Shown here: piece after piece, positions 10,336-20,371 of the stretch
Position numbering within the stretch: the first letter of the stretch is position 1
Layout of the letters: the number at the start of each line of letters is the position of its first letter
DNA from: an uncultured delta proteobacterium
Lineage (GTDB): Bacteria > Desulfobacterota > Binatia > UBA9968
Assembly: GCA_963745035.1 (NCBI GenBank)
Contig: CAVUVW010000013.1
Coordinates: 1,504,001-1,568,000, forward strand
Reading direction: 5' to 3'
Length of the DNA: 64,000 nucleotides
Made by a program: the position numbers and the translations under genes
The notes under the pieces: model-generated
What the model saw: only the letters and a program-made list of their open reading frames with translations
Told to the model about the DNA's origin: nothing
The model's database searches: none

Positions 10336-10573
10336 CTCCCTCGGCCCATGTGTGAAATAGTATTGATCCGTGGCCGGCCTAACGTATCGGTTGAGAGGGG
10401 CGAGACCAGCGAGCAAGTAGCGGCCGTAATCGAGGCAACTCCGCCCAAAGGAATATTTGCCACGCAAACCCATGCGAAGGAAGGATCATCGTCAGTCCGA
10501 ACATTAAACTAACGCCTCAAAAGCCCACTGACTTATCTCGCTAACGATTTGAGCCATTGCCCCACGTGAGAGA

Positions 10574-11686
10574 TCAAGAGGAGTGTGCTTCGGCCCGACG
10601 CTGCTCGATGGAGTAGCGCACGAGCGCAGCGTAGCGGTAGATCACGTGGGCGAATTTGCCGTAGGGCGCGGTTATGAAAAATCCGGCGACGAAGCCCAAG
10701 TGGATGACCAGCAGTGTTCCCATGGCGGAAGTTTCGCGGAATGCCAACAGCAAAAGTCCGGTGAGGCTGGTCGAAAATAGCAGCACGAGAAACGCCACGT
10801 CCATGTTGAGCATGGTCGAATCGGCGGGCGCGCGGTCGCTTTGCCATTTTAGATAGAGCAATCCGGCCGGACCGATCAACAGGCCGATGCCGCCGAGAGT
10901 GCCGAGAACCACCGGTGCGCTGAAGTAGGGATAAGGTGCCTGCCAGCCGAGGAAGTGATCGTAGAAAGCCGCGATCGTAGTTGCGGCCAGGTCGAGCAGA
11001 AATCCGAAGAAGGTCAGGTGGTGATACCACATCCGCGAAAGTGAAAAGCTCTCACCGGGATAGTTGCAGCCGGCGCCGCCACCTTTCATGTAAGCCAAAC
11101 CGAAAGCGTCTTTGGTCGCGCGCCAAAAAGCCGAAAAGTCGACCAGCTCTGTCGGCCGTCCGCCGGTTTCGCGCCAGAAACGTATCGTCCCTATCGCAAA
11201 AACTCCAAAACCGTAGAGCGCGATGAGCGATGGCGGCACGGTCATCGCGACAAACGGTACGACGCGGTAGAACGCGCCTTCGCCTAGATGTATCGCGAAC
11301 AGCGCATCCGGACCTTGGAACGCGAGCACAAGTCCAAGAATCAGCACGATGGAAGCGGCGGTGATCAGAGTCACTGCCATGGCGTTATGTTTAAAGAGGC
11401 TCGACAAGATCGCCGGCCAGGTGAACTCGCGATAGGTATCGGTGCGCAGCTCGGCCATCAGCTTGGGAATATTCACGCCGAACTCGTGCGGCGGCGCGTA
11501 CTGGCAGGCGTAGTAACAGTCGCGGCAATCGAAACAGAGATTGGCGAGATAAGTGAGATCGGCTTTGGTGAAGATCCGCCGCTGCTCCATCGCCGGAAAA
11601 ACCGCGCAGTACCCTTCGCAGTAGCGGCAAGCGTTGCAGATCGTCATCTGCCGCGCGCCATCTTTGATAAGATCAGAATCCGGCAC
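10574..11686 (-). CDS. tcuB: Tricarballylate utilization 4Fe-4S membrane protein
   Basis: CNACRYCEGYCAVFPA and CFDCRDCYYACQYAPPHEF motifs; TM helices; PYGKFAH; overlaps tcuA stop. Confidence 0.93.
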   Translation of the reverse strand: MPDSDLIKDGARQMTICNACRYCEGYCAVFPAMEQRRIFTKADLTYLANLCFDCRDCYYACQYAPPHEFGVNIPKLMAELRTDTYREFTWPAILSSLFKHNAMAVTLITAASIVLILGLVLAFQGPDALFAIHLGEGAFYRVVPFVAMTVPPSLIALYGFGVFAIGTIRFWRETGGRPTELVDFSAFWRATKDAFGLAYMKGGGAGCNYPGESFSLSRMWYHHLTFFGFLLDLAATTIAAFYDHFLGWQAPYPYFSAPVVLGTLGGIGLLIGPAGLLYLKWQSDRAPADSTMLNMDVAFLVLLFSTSLTGLLLLAFRETSAMGTLLVIHLGFVAGFFITAPYGKFAHVIYRYAALVRYSIEQRRAEAHSS

Positions 11687-13071
11687 AGCGCGCCGCCTCC
11701 CGCCCGGCGATTCTACCGAACACCGAGCCGATGGTGAGACCGAAGCCTGCGAGATAGCCCCGGCCCAGAATGTTTCCGGCCATCACTTCGCCCGCCGCGA
11801 AGACATTTTTCGCCGGCCGATCGTCCTGCATGATCACCTGTGCTTGCTCGTTCACCGTTACGCCTAAATAAGTAAAAGTAATTCCCGGCCGGAGCGGATA
11901 GCCGTAGTACGGCGGCGTATCGATCGGGCGGGCCCAATGACTCTTCGGCGGCGTGAGCCCTTCCGTGCGGCATTCATCCAAACTCCCAGGATCGAACTTC
12001 CCGGTTCGCACGGAACGATTGAATGCATCGACGACTTCCGAAAGTTTGCCCGAATCGATTTCCAACGCCTTGGCAAGGTCAGATATCGAACCCGCTTCGA
12101 CCGGCGGAAACACCGACGGCATGAAGTGCGGCAATCCTTTGGCATCGACGATGGAATAAGCGATCTGCCCGGGCTGTTCGGCGATGAGCTTCCCCCAGAT
12201 CGCGTAGCGCTTCGGCCAGAAATCTTCGCCCTCGTCGTAAAACCGCTTTACTTCCTTGTTGACGACGATGCCGAACGGCACGCTGTCCAAGCGCGTCACG
12301 ATGCCGCCGTCGAATTTCGGCGCGCGCGCATCGAGCGCCACGGCGTGGCAGCCGCGCGGATCGCCCTCCGGTTTGGCGCCGTGTTTGAGCAACTCCTTCA
12401 GCATGCCTCCCTTATTGTGCGGCGTGCCCCGGATGATGAAATTGTCCGCGGCGTCGCCCCAGTATTCCTTCAGCCAGGGAATATTTGCTTCAAAGCCACC
12501 GCTGGCGACGACGAGCGTCTTCGCCCCGTATTCATTTGACGCGCCATTCCGACTCGCCACAGCAGAGGCAAATTGGCCATCGATCATTTTCAATTCACGC
12601 ACCTCGGTTTCATAGGCGACCTTCACGCCCAGCTTTGTCGCCGTGTCATAGTAGGCGTTCATCATCGCCTTGCCGCCGCCGAGCATGAACAGATTGCTGC
12701 GCGTGAGATGGAGCGTGCCGCGCAGCGGCTTTTGCCAACGCACTCCGTTGGCCGGCATCCAATCGCCCAGCGTTTCGGATTCACGAATGGTCAAGCGGGC
12801 CAGGCGCTCGTTGGTCGCTCCGCCGGTAACACCGAGAAGATCTCGCCAAAATTCTTCTTCAGTCGTAAGCGGCGGTGACGAACTCGGTGGCGGCGCGATG
12901 CATGTATCGGATATCGCGCGTGTGGCGGCTATTGCCGCCGCGAAAATCTTTGGTCGCGCATTCGAGCACGAGCACGCTGGCCCCGGCGCGCCGCGCCGTG
13001 ATCGCCGCGCACAACGCCGCGTTGCCGCCGCCGACGACGAGCACGTCGTAATGATGATTTGGATCCGGCAT
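11673..13071 (-). CDS. tcuA: FAD-dependent tricarballylate dehydrogenase (one frameshift near 12860)
   Basis: DVLVVGGGNAALCAA, GGNSRHTR, DARAPKFDGGIVTRLD, WPKRYAIWG, GNILGRGYLAGFG; ORFs 12859-13098 and 11673-12794 join by one indel. Confidence 0.92.
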
Positions 13072-13182
13072 CGAAGAATTCGTTTCCTTAAAGCGCATTC
13101 ACCACGAAGTAAATCATGACCTTACGCTCGCCCACAGAGAATCAAAATGGGGAGTTCCCACGGACGATTCTCTCCGCCACTC

Positions 13183-13255
13183 GTCATTCCCGCGCACGCG
13201 GGAATCCGCTTTGTTTTGTCAAATCGGCCTGGATACCCGCTTTCGCGGGTATGAC
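13183..13255. repeat. REP/REPIN-like doublet (GTCATTCCCGCG...GCGGGTATGAC)
   Basis: Two inverted short palindromes separated by a spacer, forming a long hairpin. Confidence 0.75.
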
Positions 13256-13315
13256 GGAACCCAACCGCTACCCCATCATCTGCTGCAATTCCGCACCCGT
13301 ACTTTTCGAAGGAGC

Positions 13316-13403
13316 GCACAAAGGGCACGAAGAATTGGATCAGCGGGTTTAAATGCCGCCTCCTCCAGTCGAGACCTTCGTGTTCTTCGTGCCTTCGTGG
13401 TGA
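13316..13403. repeat. Inverted-repeat element, CACGAAG...CTTCGTG family
   Basis: GCACAAAGGGCACGAAG ... CTTCGTGTTCTTCGTGCCTTCGTGGTGA; related arms at 37826-37852 and 38072-38092. Confidence 0.55.
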
Positions 13404-13497
13404 GTTATAACTTAGTCGATGGCGCATTCACAACGAGGCGCTTTGACTTACGCTCGCCTTCTACGCTATGCAAACTGCAGCGAACGGGAGGAGATTC

Positions 13498-14616
13498 ATG
13501 ATGAACCGCCATTCGAAACGACTATGGGCGGCATTATTTGTCGCGGCATTTCTTATCATTCCAAGCGTAGTCCATTCGGCCGAGGCGCCGGAAGATTGGA
13601 AGAGAACCATTGAAGCGGCCAAGCGCGAAGGCAAGGTCGTTGTCGGCGGTCCGCCCACCAGCGTGCTACGGCAAAAATTCAAAGAGACTTTCGAGAAGCG
13701 CTTTGGCATCGAGATGGAGCTCCTCTCCGCGCCGGGGCCGCAGAACGCGTCGCGCGCCATGTCCGAGTTCAAAGCCGGCGTTAAGTATTTCGACGCGCTG
13801 CACGGCGGCTCCGGCACGCTCGAGCCGCTGATGCGCGAGAACGCCCTCGCGCCGTTCATGGATTTCGTCATTCTCCCGGAAGTCAAAGACCCCCGCCAGT
13901 GGTGGGGCGGGCACATGTGGGAAGACAACATCAAAACCAATCGCTTCATTTACTCGTACTCCGCGGATTTCTCGACTCCACCCTTCTACAACGCGGATCT
14001 CGTCAAGCCCGACGAAGTCAAATCGTACGACGACTTTCTAAATCCCAAATGGAAAAACAAGATCGGGTTTTTCGAGCCGCGCATTCCCAGCGCCGGCCAG
14101 GGGTTGTGGGGATTCTTGATGAAGATCAAGGGCAAGGAGTTTTTACAGAAGCTTGTCAATCAGGAATTATTCATCAGCCGCGACGGAAAGCAGCTCGCCG
14201 ATTCCATGTCCAAGGGGAACCTCGCTTTCAACCTCGGCCAATCGCAGCGCTTCATCGAGCCTTATTTGAAAGCTGGAATTCCGATCAAGCCGCTCAACAA
14301 CATCAAAGAGGGTCTGAGCGGCAGCAACGGCTTCGGCACGGTCGCGATCATGAAGAACGCCGCGCAACCGAACGCGGCGAAGGTCTACATCAACTGGTTG
14401 CTCGGGAAAGAAGGCCAGGATCTCTACAGCCAGGCGCTCACCCAAGGCACGCGCCGCCTCGATGTCGACACCAAATGGCTGGCTAAGTTCGATTCATCGG
14501 CCGCCAAGGACGTCATGACGCCGGAAGAGTTCGAGAAAGTCCGTTTCTACGGCGAAGACATCATCAAGAACTGGCGCGAGCCCGGCGGCGAATTCGCGCG
14601 TCAGATCATCAAGTAA
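13498..14616 (+). CDS. Extracellular solute-binding protein (Fe3+/AfuA-like family)
   Basis: WKRTIEAAKREGKVVVGGPP, LNPKWKNKI, PNAAKVYINWLL motifs; signal peptide; GGAGG RBS. Confidence 0.85.
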   Translation: MMNRHSKRLWAALFVAAFLIIPSVVHSAEAPEDWKRTIEAAKREGKVVVGGPPTSVLRQKFKETFEKRFGIEMELLSAPGPQNASRAMSEFKAGVKYFDALHGGSGTLEPLMRENALAPFMDFVILPEVKDPRQWWGGHMWEDNIKTNRFIYSYSADFSTPPFYNADLVKPDEVKSYDDFLNPKWKNKIGFFEPRIPSAGQGLWGFLMKIKGKEFLQKLVNQELFISRDGKQLADSMSKGNLAFNLGQSQRFIEPYLKAGIPIKPLNNIKEGLSGSNGFGTVAIMKNAAQPNAAKVYINWLLGKEGQDLYSQALTQGTRRLDVDTKWLAKFDSSAAKDVMTPEEFEKVRFYGEDIIKNWREPGGEFARQIIK

Positions 14617-14696
14617 GCAGATCAAAAAGCGGCCCGGGCGTGGTGGCACAATAATGCCCGGGTGACTTTGAAATATAGCCATATTCTAGATATATT

Positions 14697-14954
14697 GTGT
14701 CCATGAACATAGTCAATGTCGCCACCTTAAAGGAAAAACTTAGTTATTATCTCCGCTTGGTTAAGAAGGGAGAAGAAGTTATCATCATCTCCCATCGCCA
14801 TCCGGTTGGCCGCATACTTCCCGCGGCGGCCGAAACGCTTCAAATTCGCCAGCCTCGCCGGCCGGTGAGTAACCTGTCGTTGATCAAAGGCATACGGCTA
14901 AAGCGGTCATCCTCCGCCGTAAAAACATTGTTGGAAGATCGCCGGCGACGATGA
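14697..14954 (+). CDS. Phd/YefM family antitoxin
   Basis: VNVATLKEKLSYYLRLVKKGEEVIII..HPVGRI; ATGA overlap with the PIN gene. Confidence 0.88.
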   Translation: MSMNIVNVATLKEKLSYYLRLVKKGEEVIIISHRHPVGRILPAAAETLQIRQPRRPVSNLSLIKGIRLKRSSSAVKTLLEDRRRR

Positions 14955-15367
14955 CTGTTTATCTGGATACCTCCGTTATTCTCAGGATCCTATTCCGCGA
15001 AGGCAACCCCGTTTCCGTCTGGAAAAAATGGGACAAAGCATACAGCAGCGCTTTGTGGCGCGTCGAGGCGCTAAGAACCACAGATCGCTTGCGCCTCACT
15101 CAGGAGATCACAGATATCGAAGTGGCGGCTCTCGTGCGCGAGATTCAAGTCATCGACGACACTTTGGCCATCTGCGCCATCGATGAAAAAATTCTGCAAC
15201 GCGCGGGCGAAACCTTTCCTACTGTGGTTGGAACGCTCGACGCGATTCATCTGGCCAGTGCGCTTAAAATCCGTGAGATCGACGCCTTGGATGCGCTACT
15301 AACTCACGACCTTCAGCTCGCCACAGCAGCGAGAAGCCTTGGATTCAATGTCATTGGCGCTGCGTAA
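14951..15367 (+). CDS. vapC: VapC/PIN domain toxin
   Basis: VYLDTSVIL, TLDAIHLASA and THDLQL PIN motifs. Confidence 0.88.
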   Translation: MTVYLDTSVILRILFREGNPVSVWKKWDKAYSSALWRVEALRTTDRLRLTQEITDIEVAALVREIQVIDDTLAICAIDEKILQRAGETFPTVVGTLDAIHLASALKIREIDALDALLTHDLQLATAARSLGFNVIGAA

Positions 15368-15414
15368 AAAAGAATCGCTGCCATGACCGTGCTTCTCATA
15401 GAGGGAGATTTCCG

Positions 15415-16133
15415 ATGCGCTACGAGCTTTACTATTGGCCGTCGATCCAGGGCCGCGGCGAGTTTGTTCGTCTCGCGCTCGAAGACGCGGGCGCCGACTA
15501 TGTCGATGTCGCGCGCAAACCGAAAGGCATGGCGGCGATGGAGCGGCTGATGGAGAGCCGCTCCATCGACCATCCGCCTTACGCGCCCCCGTTCTTGAAA
15601 GCCGGCAAGCTTCTCATCGCGCAGACCGCGAACATCCTTTTGTATCTTGGACCGCGGCTGGGTCTGGTTCCAAACAGTGATCCGATCAGGTTGTGGGCGC
15701 ACCAGCTCCAACTCACGATCGCCGATTGGGTCGCCGAGGCCCATGACACGCATCATCCGATCGCGAGCAGTCTTTACTACGAGGATCAGAGAGACGAAGC
15801 CAAGCGGCGCGCCGCTGATTTCACCGCCGAGCGCATGCCGAAATATCTCGGTTACTTCGAAAGAATACTCAAGCGCAATCCGAAAGGAGGCGAGCTATCT
15901 TCTTGGGAAAAAGGTTTCCTATGTCGATCTCTCGTTGTTTCAAGTGATCGAAGGCTTACGCTACGCGTTCCCGCGCGCCATGGAGCGGCTCGAAGCCAAA
16001 CATCCGACTGTCGATCGCACTGCGCGATCGCATCGCTGCGCGGCCGCGATTGGCTGCGTATCTCTCATCGGAACGTCGCATCGCTTTCAATCAAGATGGC
16101 ATCTTTCGCCACTACCCCGAGCTCGATGATTGA
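15415..16133 (+). CDS. Glutathione S-transferase (frameshifts near 15895 and 16015)
   Basis: YELYYWPSIQGRGEFVRLALE, APPFLK, AQTANIL; C-terminus FNQDGIFRHYPELDD lies in a shifted frame. Confidence 0.85.
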
Positions 16134-16190
16134 GGATTGCCAAAGCCGCTGATTGGTTTACATTGAAAAACTAATCAAGGAGGTCCAATC

Positions 16191-16850
16191 ATGGCAATCG
16201 AACTTTACTGGGGCAGCGGCAGTCCGTTCGCGTGGCGCGTGATGTTGACCCTCGAAGTGAAAGGGCTCGCGTACGAATCGAAGTTGCTGGAGTTCTCCAA
16301 AGGCGACCACAAAACGCCGTCCTATCTACAGCTCAATCCGCGCGGCAAAGTACCGACGCTCAAAGACGGCGAGTTCGTTGTCTACGAATCGCTTGCCATG
16401 ATGGCTTATCTCGATCGCAAATATCCCGATCCGCCGCTCTTCGGTAAAACTCCCGAAGAGACAGGTCTCATTTGGCAAGCGCTATCGGAATGTGAGTCGT
16501 ATCTCGTTAGCGCCGGCGACAAGGTCGTCCGGCCGCTCTTCTTCGGCAAGGGCTTGGACAAGGTCGATGAAATTCAACAAGCGGCGCAAACGATTCGCCA
16601 GGAGTGGAAATCCATCGATGCGCGCCTCGCCCGATCGAATTGGCTGGTCGGCACGCAGATTTCCGCGGCGGATATCACCGTCTTTCCCGTGGTGCAATTG
16701 CTTTTACGCGCAGCGTCCAAAGAGGCGGCCCAGCCGCTTGATCTGGGGTTGATGCCTTTGTCGCAAACTTATCCGAATCTCGCCCGTTGGGTTCGGCAAA
16801 TCGAAGCCCTGCCCGGCTACGAGCGCACCTATCCACCCCACTGGCGATAA
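16191..16850 (+). CDS. Glutathione S-transferase family protein
   Basis: WGSGSPFAWRV, LNPRGKVPTL, YESLA, ISAADI, TYPPHW; AAGGAGG RBS. Confidence 0.92.
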   Translation: MAIELYWGSGSPFAWRVMLTLEVKGLAYESKLLEFSKGDHKTPSYLQLNPRGKVPTLKDGEFVVYESLAMMAYLDRKYPDPPLFGKTPEETGLIWQALSECESYLVSAGDKVVRPLFFGKGLDKVDEIQQAAQTIRQEWKSIDARLARSNWLVGTQISAADITVFPVVQLLLRAASKEAAQPLDLGLMPLSQTYPNLARWVRQIEALPGYERTYPPHWR

Positions 16851-16889
16851 TCGATTCGTCCTCGATTTCGCAGACCTCGCGGAGGTCCA

Positions 16890-17866
16890 ATGCACCATCT
16901 GGCGGAATTTATCAAGCGAATCCTTCTCGTCTTGATCATATTGATCGCGGCGCCAAGGCGACGCCGCGGAACGCGCCAAGCTCACTCTTGGCTATTCCAG
17001 CACCGGACCGACCGGCGTTGGATTGTGGGTGGCAAAGGACATCGGCGCTTTCGACAAATACGGCGTCGACCCCAATCTTGTTTTCATTTCTTCCGGTCCG
17101 GTGATGGTTCCCGCGCTGATCGGCGGCGACGTCCAGGCCGCCGTCGCCGGAGCGAACGCGGTGATCGCCGCGGTGCTCGGCGGCGCGCCGATCGTATCGG
17201 TAGCGAGCCTCGCCAATCGTCCCTATCTACGACTTTGGGTTCACCCCGAGGTTACTCGCGTCGAAGAGCTGCGCGGCAAGACTTTCGGGGTGTCCCGCTT
17301 CGGCGCGACGACGGATAATTTGACGAGAATTCTTCTGCGCCGGGTCGGCCTGGAAAACGCCGTGACCATCCGCCAGCTCGGCGGCACGCTCGAAGTCGGA
17401 CTCGCTTTTCGCCACCGGCAGATCGACGGCGCGGTTCTCGCGACTCTCCGCACCGACGTGCCGCATCGAATTTTGATCGAGCTCGCCGAATCGGGCATTC
17501 AATATTCCATGGGGCAGCTCGCTGTCTCGCGTGACTTTCAACGCCGCTCTCCGGACACGCTCGAGAAAATCATGCGCGCCTACCTCGAAGGCGTTGCGGT
17601 AGTGCGCGACCCCAACCAGAAAGAGCGCGTGCTCAAGACATTAGTGCGTTATACGCGGCTCAAGGAAAGCAAGGCGATCGAAGAGATCTACAGCGACGCT
17701 TTCAAGTACGTCGATCGCGTTCCACGCGTCGAAGCTGAAGCTGTTTCCGCGACGTTGGAATTCATGGGCAAAAAAGGCCTGCCGGTCGAAACCTTCGCGG
17801 ACAATTCCATCATCGACCGCTTGGTAAAGGAAGGGTTTCGTCGATCAGCTGTACAAAAAAAGGTAG
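16890..17866 (+). CDS. NitT/TauT ABC substrate-binding protein (frameshifted)
   Basis: GGAGG-ATG 16890; LWVAKDIGAFDKYG, ELRGKTFGVSRFG, DNSIIDRLVKEGF; indels near 16960-16990 and 17835. Confidence 0.8.
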
Positions 17867-17871
17867 TCGGC

Positions 17872-18753
17872 CTAGCAATTACAGCGCAGTGAAAATTCGT
17901 TTTCTCTATCGAGCAGCGACTCGCCGATCGCTTGATGATCGGCGACATGGCGCGAGACCGTGCTCAATCCTCTGCGATAGAGATCCTTGACCTCTTCTTC
18001 CCAGTCGCGCCGGCCGTTGCCGGACCACTGAAACGGCAGCTCGAGGATTTTCCAGGGAGGGACAAACGCCGGGGCGGAGGCCAGCGCCGCGCGCAAGATT
18101 TCACGCTGGAGCTCCGGCTCATTGGGTTTTCCCGCAGGACAGCCTAGCGGAAAGTCCAGAAACACCGTGCGCGGCGGCTTGAAGGCCATGCTGACCTCCC
18201 ACAGCGTGCTCATCGAGAGCGTGGGCAAACCTCGCGCTTCGAGAGCCCGCGCGATCAGTCCGACGGACCGATGACAGGCGGGTCAGAACGGGAAGAGAAA
18301 AACCAGGTCGACGCCTTGGCGGTCAAATTCGTCCTTGATAGCGGGAACGGTGGTCTTTAGCAGCTCGGTAAATTTGCTGATCGATCCCACCATCGAAACG
18401 GCTCGCGGAGCGAGCCCGCCGATAACGCCTTCGGCTTCCAGCTCGACCAGCCGGTCGCGCGGAAACGCAACGTTCATATCTTCGAGAGCCCAGCGTCGAA
18501 CCGGCGTCTGATGGGCGATCGTGAGCTCCGAGTAGGGCGTCCGGCGATCGATCAGGCGGTAGGACAGATCATTGGTTTCATTCAGAGGAGCGTCGTCGCG
18601 CAATTGAACGCCTGCGCTCGTGAAGATACCGATGGTCGATTGAGAAATGGGCTTGCGCAGCGGCGTGAGCCGGGGCGGCGCAAAATTGGGCTGCCGGGGA
18701 TAAGGCTGCGGCGCCATGAGCTCGGTCATGAATTGGACGTAGCTGAACGGCAA
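17872..18753 (-). CDS. PrdB/GrdB-like (glycine/betaine/D-proline reductase B family) selenoprotein, UxxC motif
   Basis: ORFs 18283-18753 and 17872-18228 are in the same frame and separated only by TGA (18285-18283); read-through gives VDLVFLFPF-U-PACHRSVGLIARALEARGLPT...KPPRTVFLDFPLG; N-terminal motifs TSAGV and DMNVAFPRDRL match the family. Confidence 0.85.
18246..18282 (-). promoter_or_regulatory. Putative bacterial SECIS element
   Basis: Directly 3' of the UGA: CCCGC-CUGUC-AUCGGUCC-GUC-GGACUGAU-CGC-GCGGG, with an 8-bp upper stem and a G-containing loop. Confidence 0.7.
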
Positions 18754-18943
18754 AGCGTTCCCTCCTCACAAGGTGGAACGATTCATCAATACGTCCATCG
18801 CAAGACCGCAGTCAATCGATCTTCTCAGGACTTGCTCCAAGCCTCCTCTTGACTCACCGTTTGCGCTTGTCTTACCTTGCGCTTGGCTGTCGTCTGTCTA
18901 TGATGGTCTGGAAATTCCGCCGGCGAACGGGAGAGGAAAACAC

Positions 18944-20080
18944 ATGATGGAGAACACGCTGCTCGATGCCGACTCGCACGTGAGCGAGCCGTTGAATCTT
19001 TGGCGGGAACGTCTGCCGGCAAAGTACCGGGACATCGCTCCGCACATGGAGACGGAGTATCAGGGCCGTCCCGGCGCCTGGTGGTTCATCGAGCAAGATC
19101 GCCAGCCGCACAACGTGATCTTGGGCTTTGGGGCGAACAAATCGCTCGAAGAGCTGCAGCAGCTATTGAAAAGTTTTTCCTACGCCGGAGCACATCGCGG
19201 CGGTTGGGACCCGGCGCAGCGAGTCAAAGACATGGACCAGGACGGCGTCGCAGGCGACATTCTCTACACGACCTTGGGCTTTCGCATGTTCTGGATCCGG
19301 GACGCTGGATTTCAAAGAGCCTGCTTCCAGGTTTACAACGACTGGCTCGCGGAATTCTGCGCCCATTCGCCCAAACGTCTCAAAGGCTTGGCGCTCATCT
19401 CGCTCTATGATCCGAAGCAGGCGGCCGAAGATTTAGCGGCCTGCGCCAAAAAAGGCTTGGCCGGCGCGCTGGTTTGGGCTTCCCCGCCGGAAGAGCTGCC
19501 ATTCTATTCGGAGGACTACGATCCCTTCTGGGCAGCCGCCCAGGAGCTGTCGATGCCTCTCAGCCTGCACGAATTCGCCGGCTTTCAGTGGGTCGATTGG
19601 GATTCGAGCGCGAAGAAACGAACCATAGCCGCCGGCATCAATTCGCAGGAAGTGGAAAAGACTTTTTCCACTCTGATACTCTCCGGCGTACTCGAGAGAT
19701 TTCCCCGCCTCAACGTGGTCTCGGCGGAGTTGAACTGCGGTTGGCTGCCCTACTTTCTCCGCCGCCTGGACGAGCGCTTCGAGGCGCGCGGCGTTCGCGT
19801 TCACGGCAGCGCCTTCGCTACGAAATTGACGCTCAAGCCGAGCGAATATTTTCGCCGCCAGCTTTACGCGACATTCATCGACGACCGCTTCGGCATCGCG
19901 CATCGAAATGACATCGGCGTGGAGAACTTGCTCTGGTCATCGGACTTTCCCCACAGCGCGACGTTCTGGCCCCATTCGCGGGAAAAAATCGCGAAAGACT
20001 TCCAGGATGTCGGCGCCGAGGACAAACAAAAAATTCTCTGGCAAAACACCGCAAAACTGTACCGCTTCGACGTGGAATGA
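18944..20080 (+). CDS. Amidohydrolase 2 family protein
   Basis: DADSHVSEP, DMDQDGV, YDPFWAAA, GVLERFPRL, WSSDFPH motifs. Confidence 0.9.
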   Translation: MMENTLLDADSHVSEPLNLWRERLPAKYRDIAPHMETEYQGRPGAWWFIEQDRQPHNVILGFGANKSLEELQQLLKSFSYAGAHRGGWDPAQRVKDMDQDGVAGDILYTTLGFRMFWIRDAGFQRACFQVYNDWLAEFCAHSPKRLKGLALISLYDPKQAAEDLAACAKKGLAGALVWASPPEELPFYSEDYDPFWAAAQELSMPLSLHEFAGFQWVDWDSSAKKRTIAAGINSQEVEKTFSTLILSGVLERFPRLNVVSAELNCGWLPYFLRRLDERFEARGVRVHGSAFATKLTLKPSEYFRRQLYATFIDDRFGIAHRNDIGVENLLWSSDFPHSATFWPHSREKIAKDFQDVGAEDKQKILWQNTAKLYRFDVE

Positions 20081-20207
20081 CGGCGACGCGTTGTTGATCT
20101 CAGCCGTTGGAAATTCCTCTGTCTCCCCCTTTTTGGGGAAAAACTGCGGACCATTCCGAAATATTGAGTTGTGTTCTTGCGCGGGAGGATTTTAGTCCGT
20201 GGGTTAT

Positions 20208-20274
20208 TACCCCTCTTTGACAAAGAGGGGTGAGGGGAGATTTCTCACTGATCACCAAAAATCCCCCTCAATCC
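20208..20274. repeat. REP-like element, CCCCTCTTTG..CAAAGAGGGG family
   Basis: Hairpin CCCCTCTTTGACAAAGAGGGG followed by GAGGGGAGATTT...AAATCCCCCTC. Confidence 0.55.
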
Positions 20275-20312
20275 GGCCTCGTGCCCTTTTTACTGAAGCT
20301 CGCACAGATGCT

Positions 20313-20342
20313 TTGACAATTACTGAACGCAAGACTAAGAAT
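20313..20342 (+). promoter_or_regulatory. Putative sigma70 promoter of the LLM-VOC-SBP operon
   Basis: TTGACA (20313-20318), 17 bp, TAAGAAT; about 30 bp before ATG 20372. Confidence 0.45.
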
Positions 20343-20371
20343 CGAACGATCACCACAACGAGGGAACCCGC

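Noticed and set aside
12859-12861. TGA ending the tcuA N-terminal ORF as a possible Sec codon
   Set aside because: Downstream tcuA sequence (EEEFWRDL) is in a different frame; this is an indel, and the position is not a Cys site
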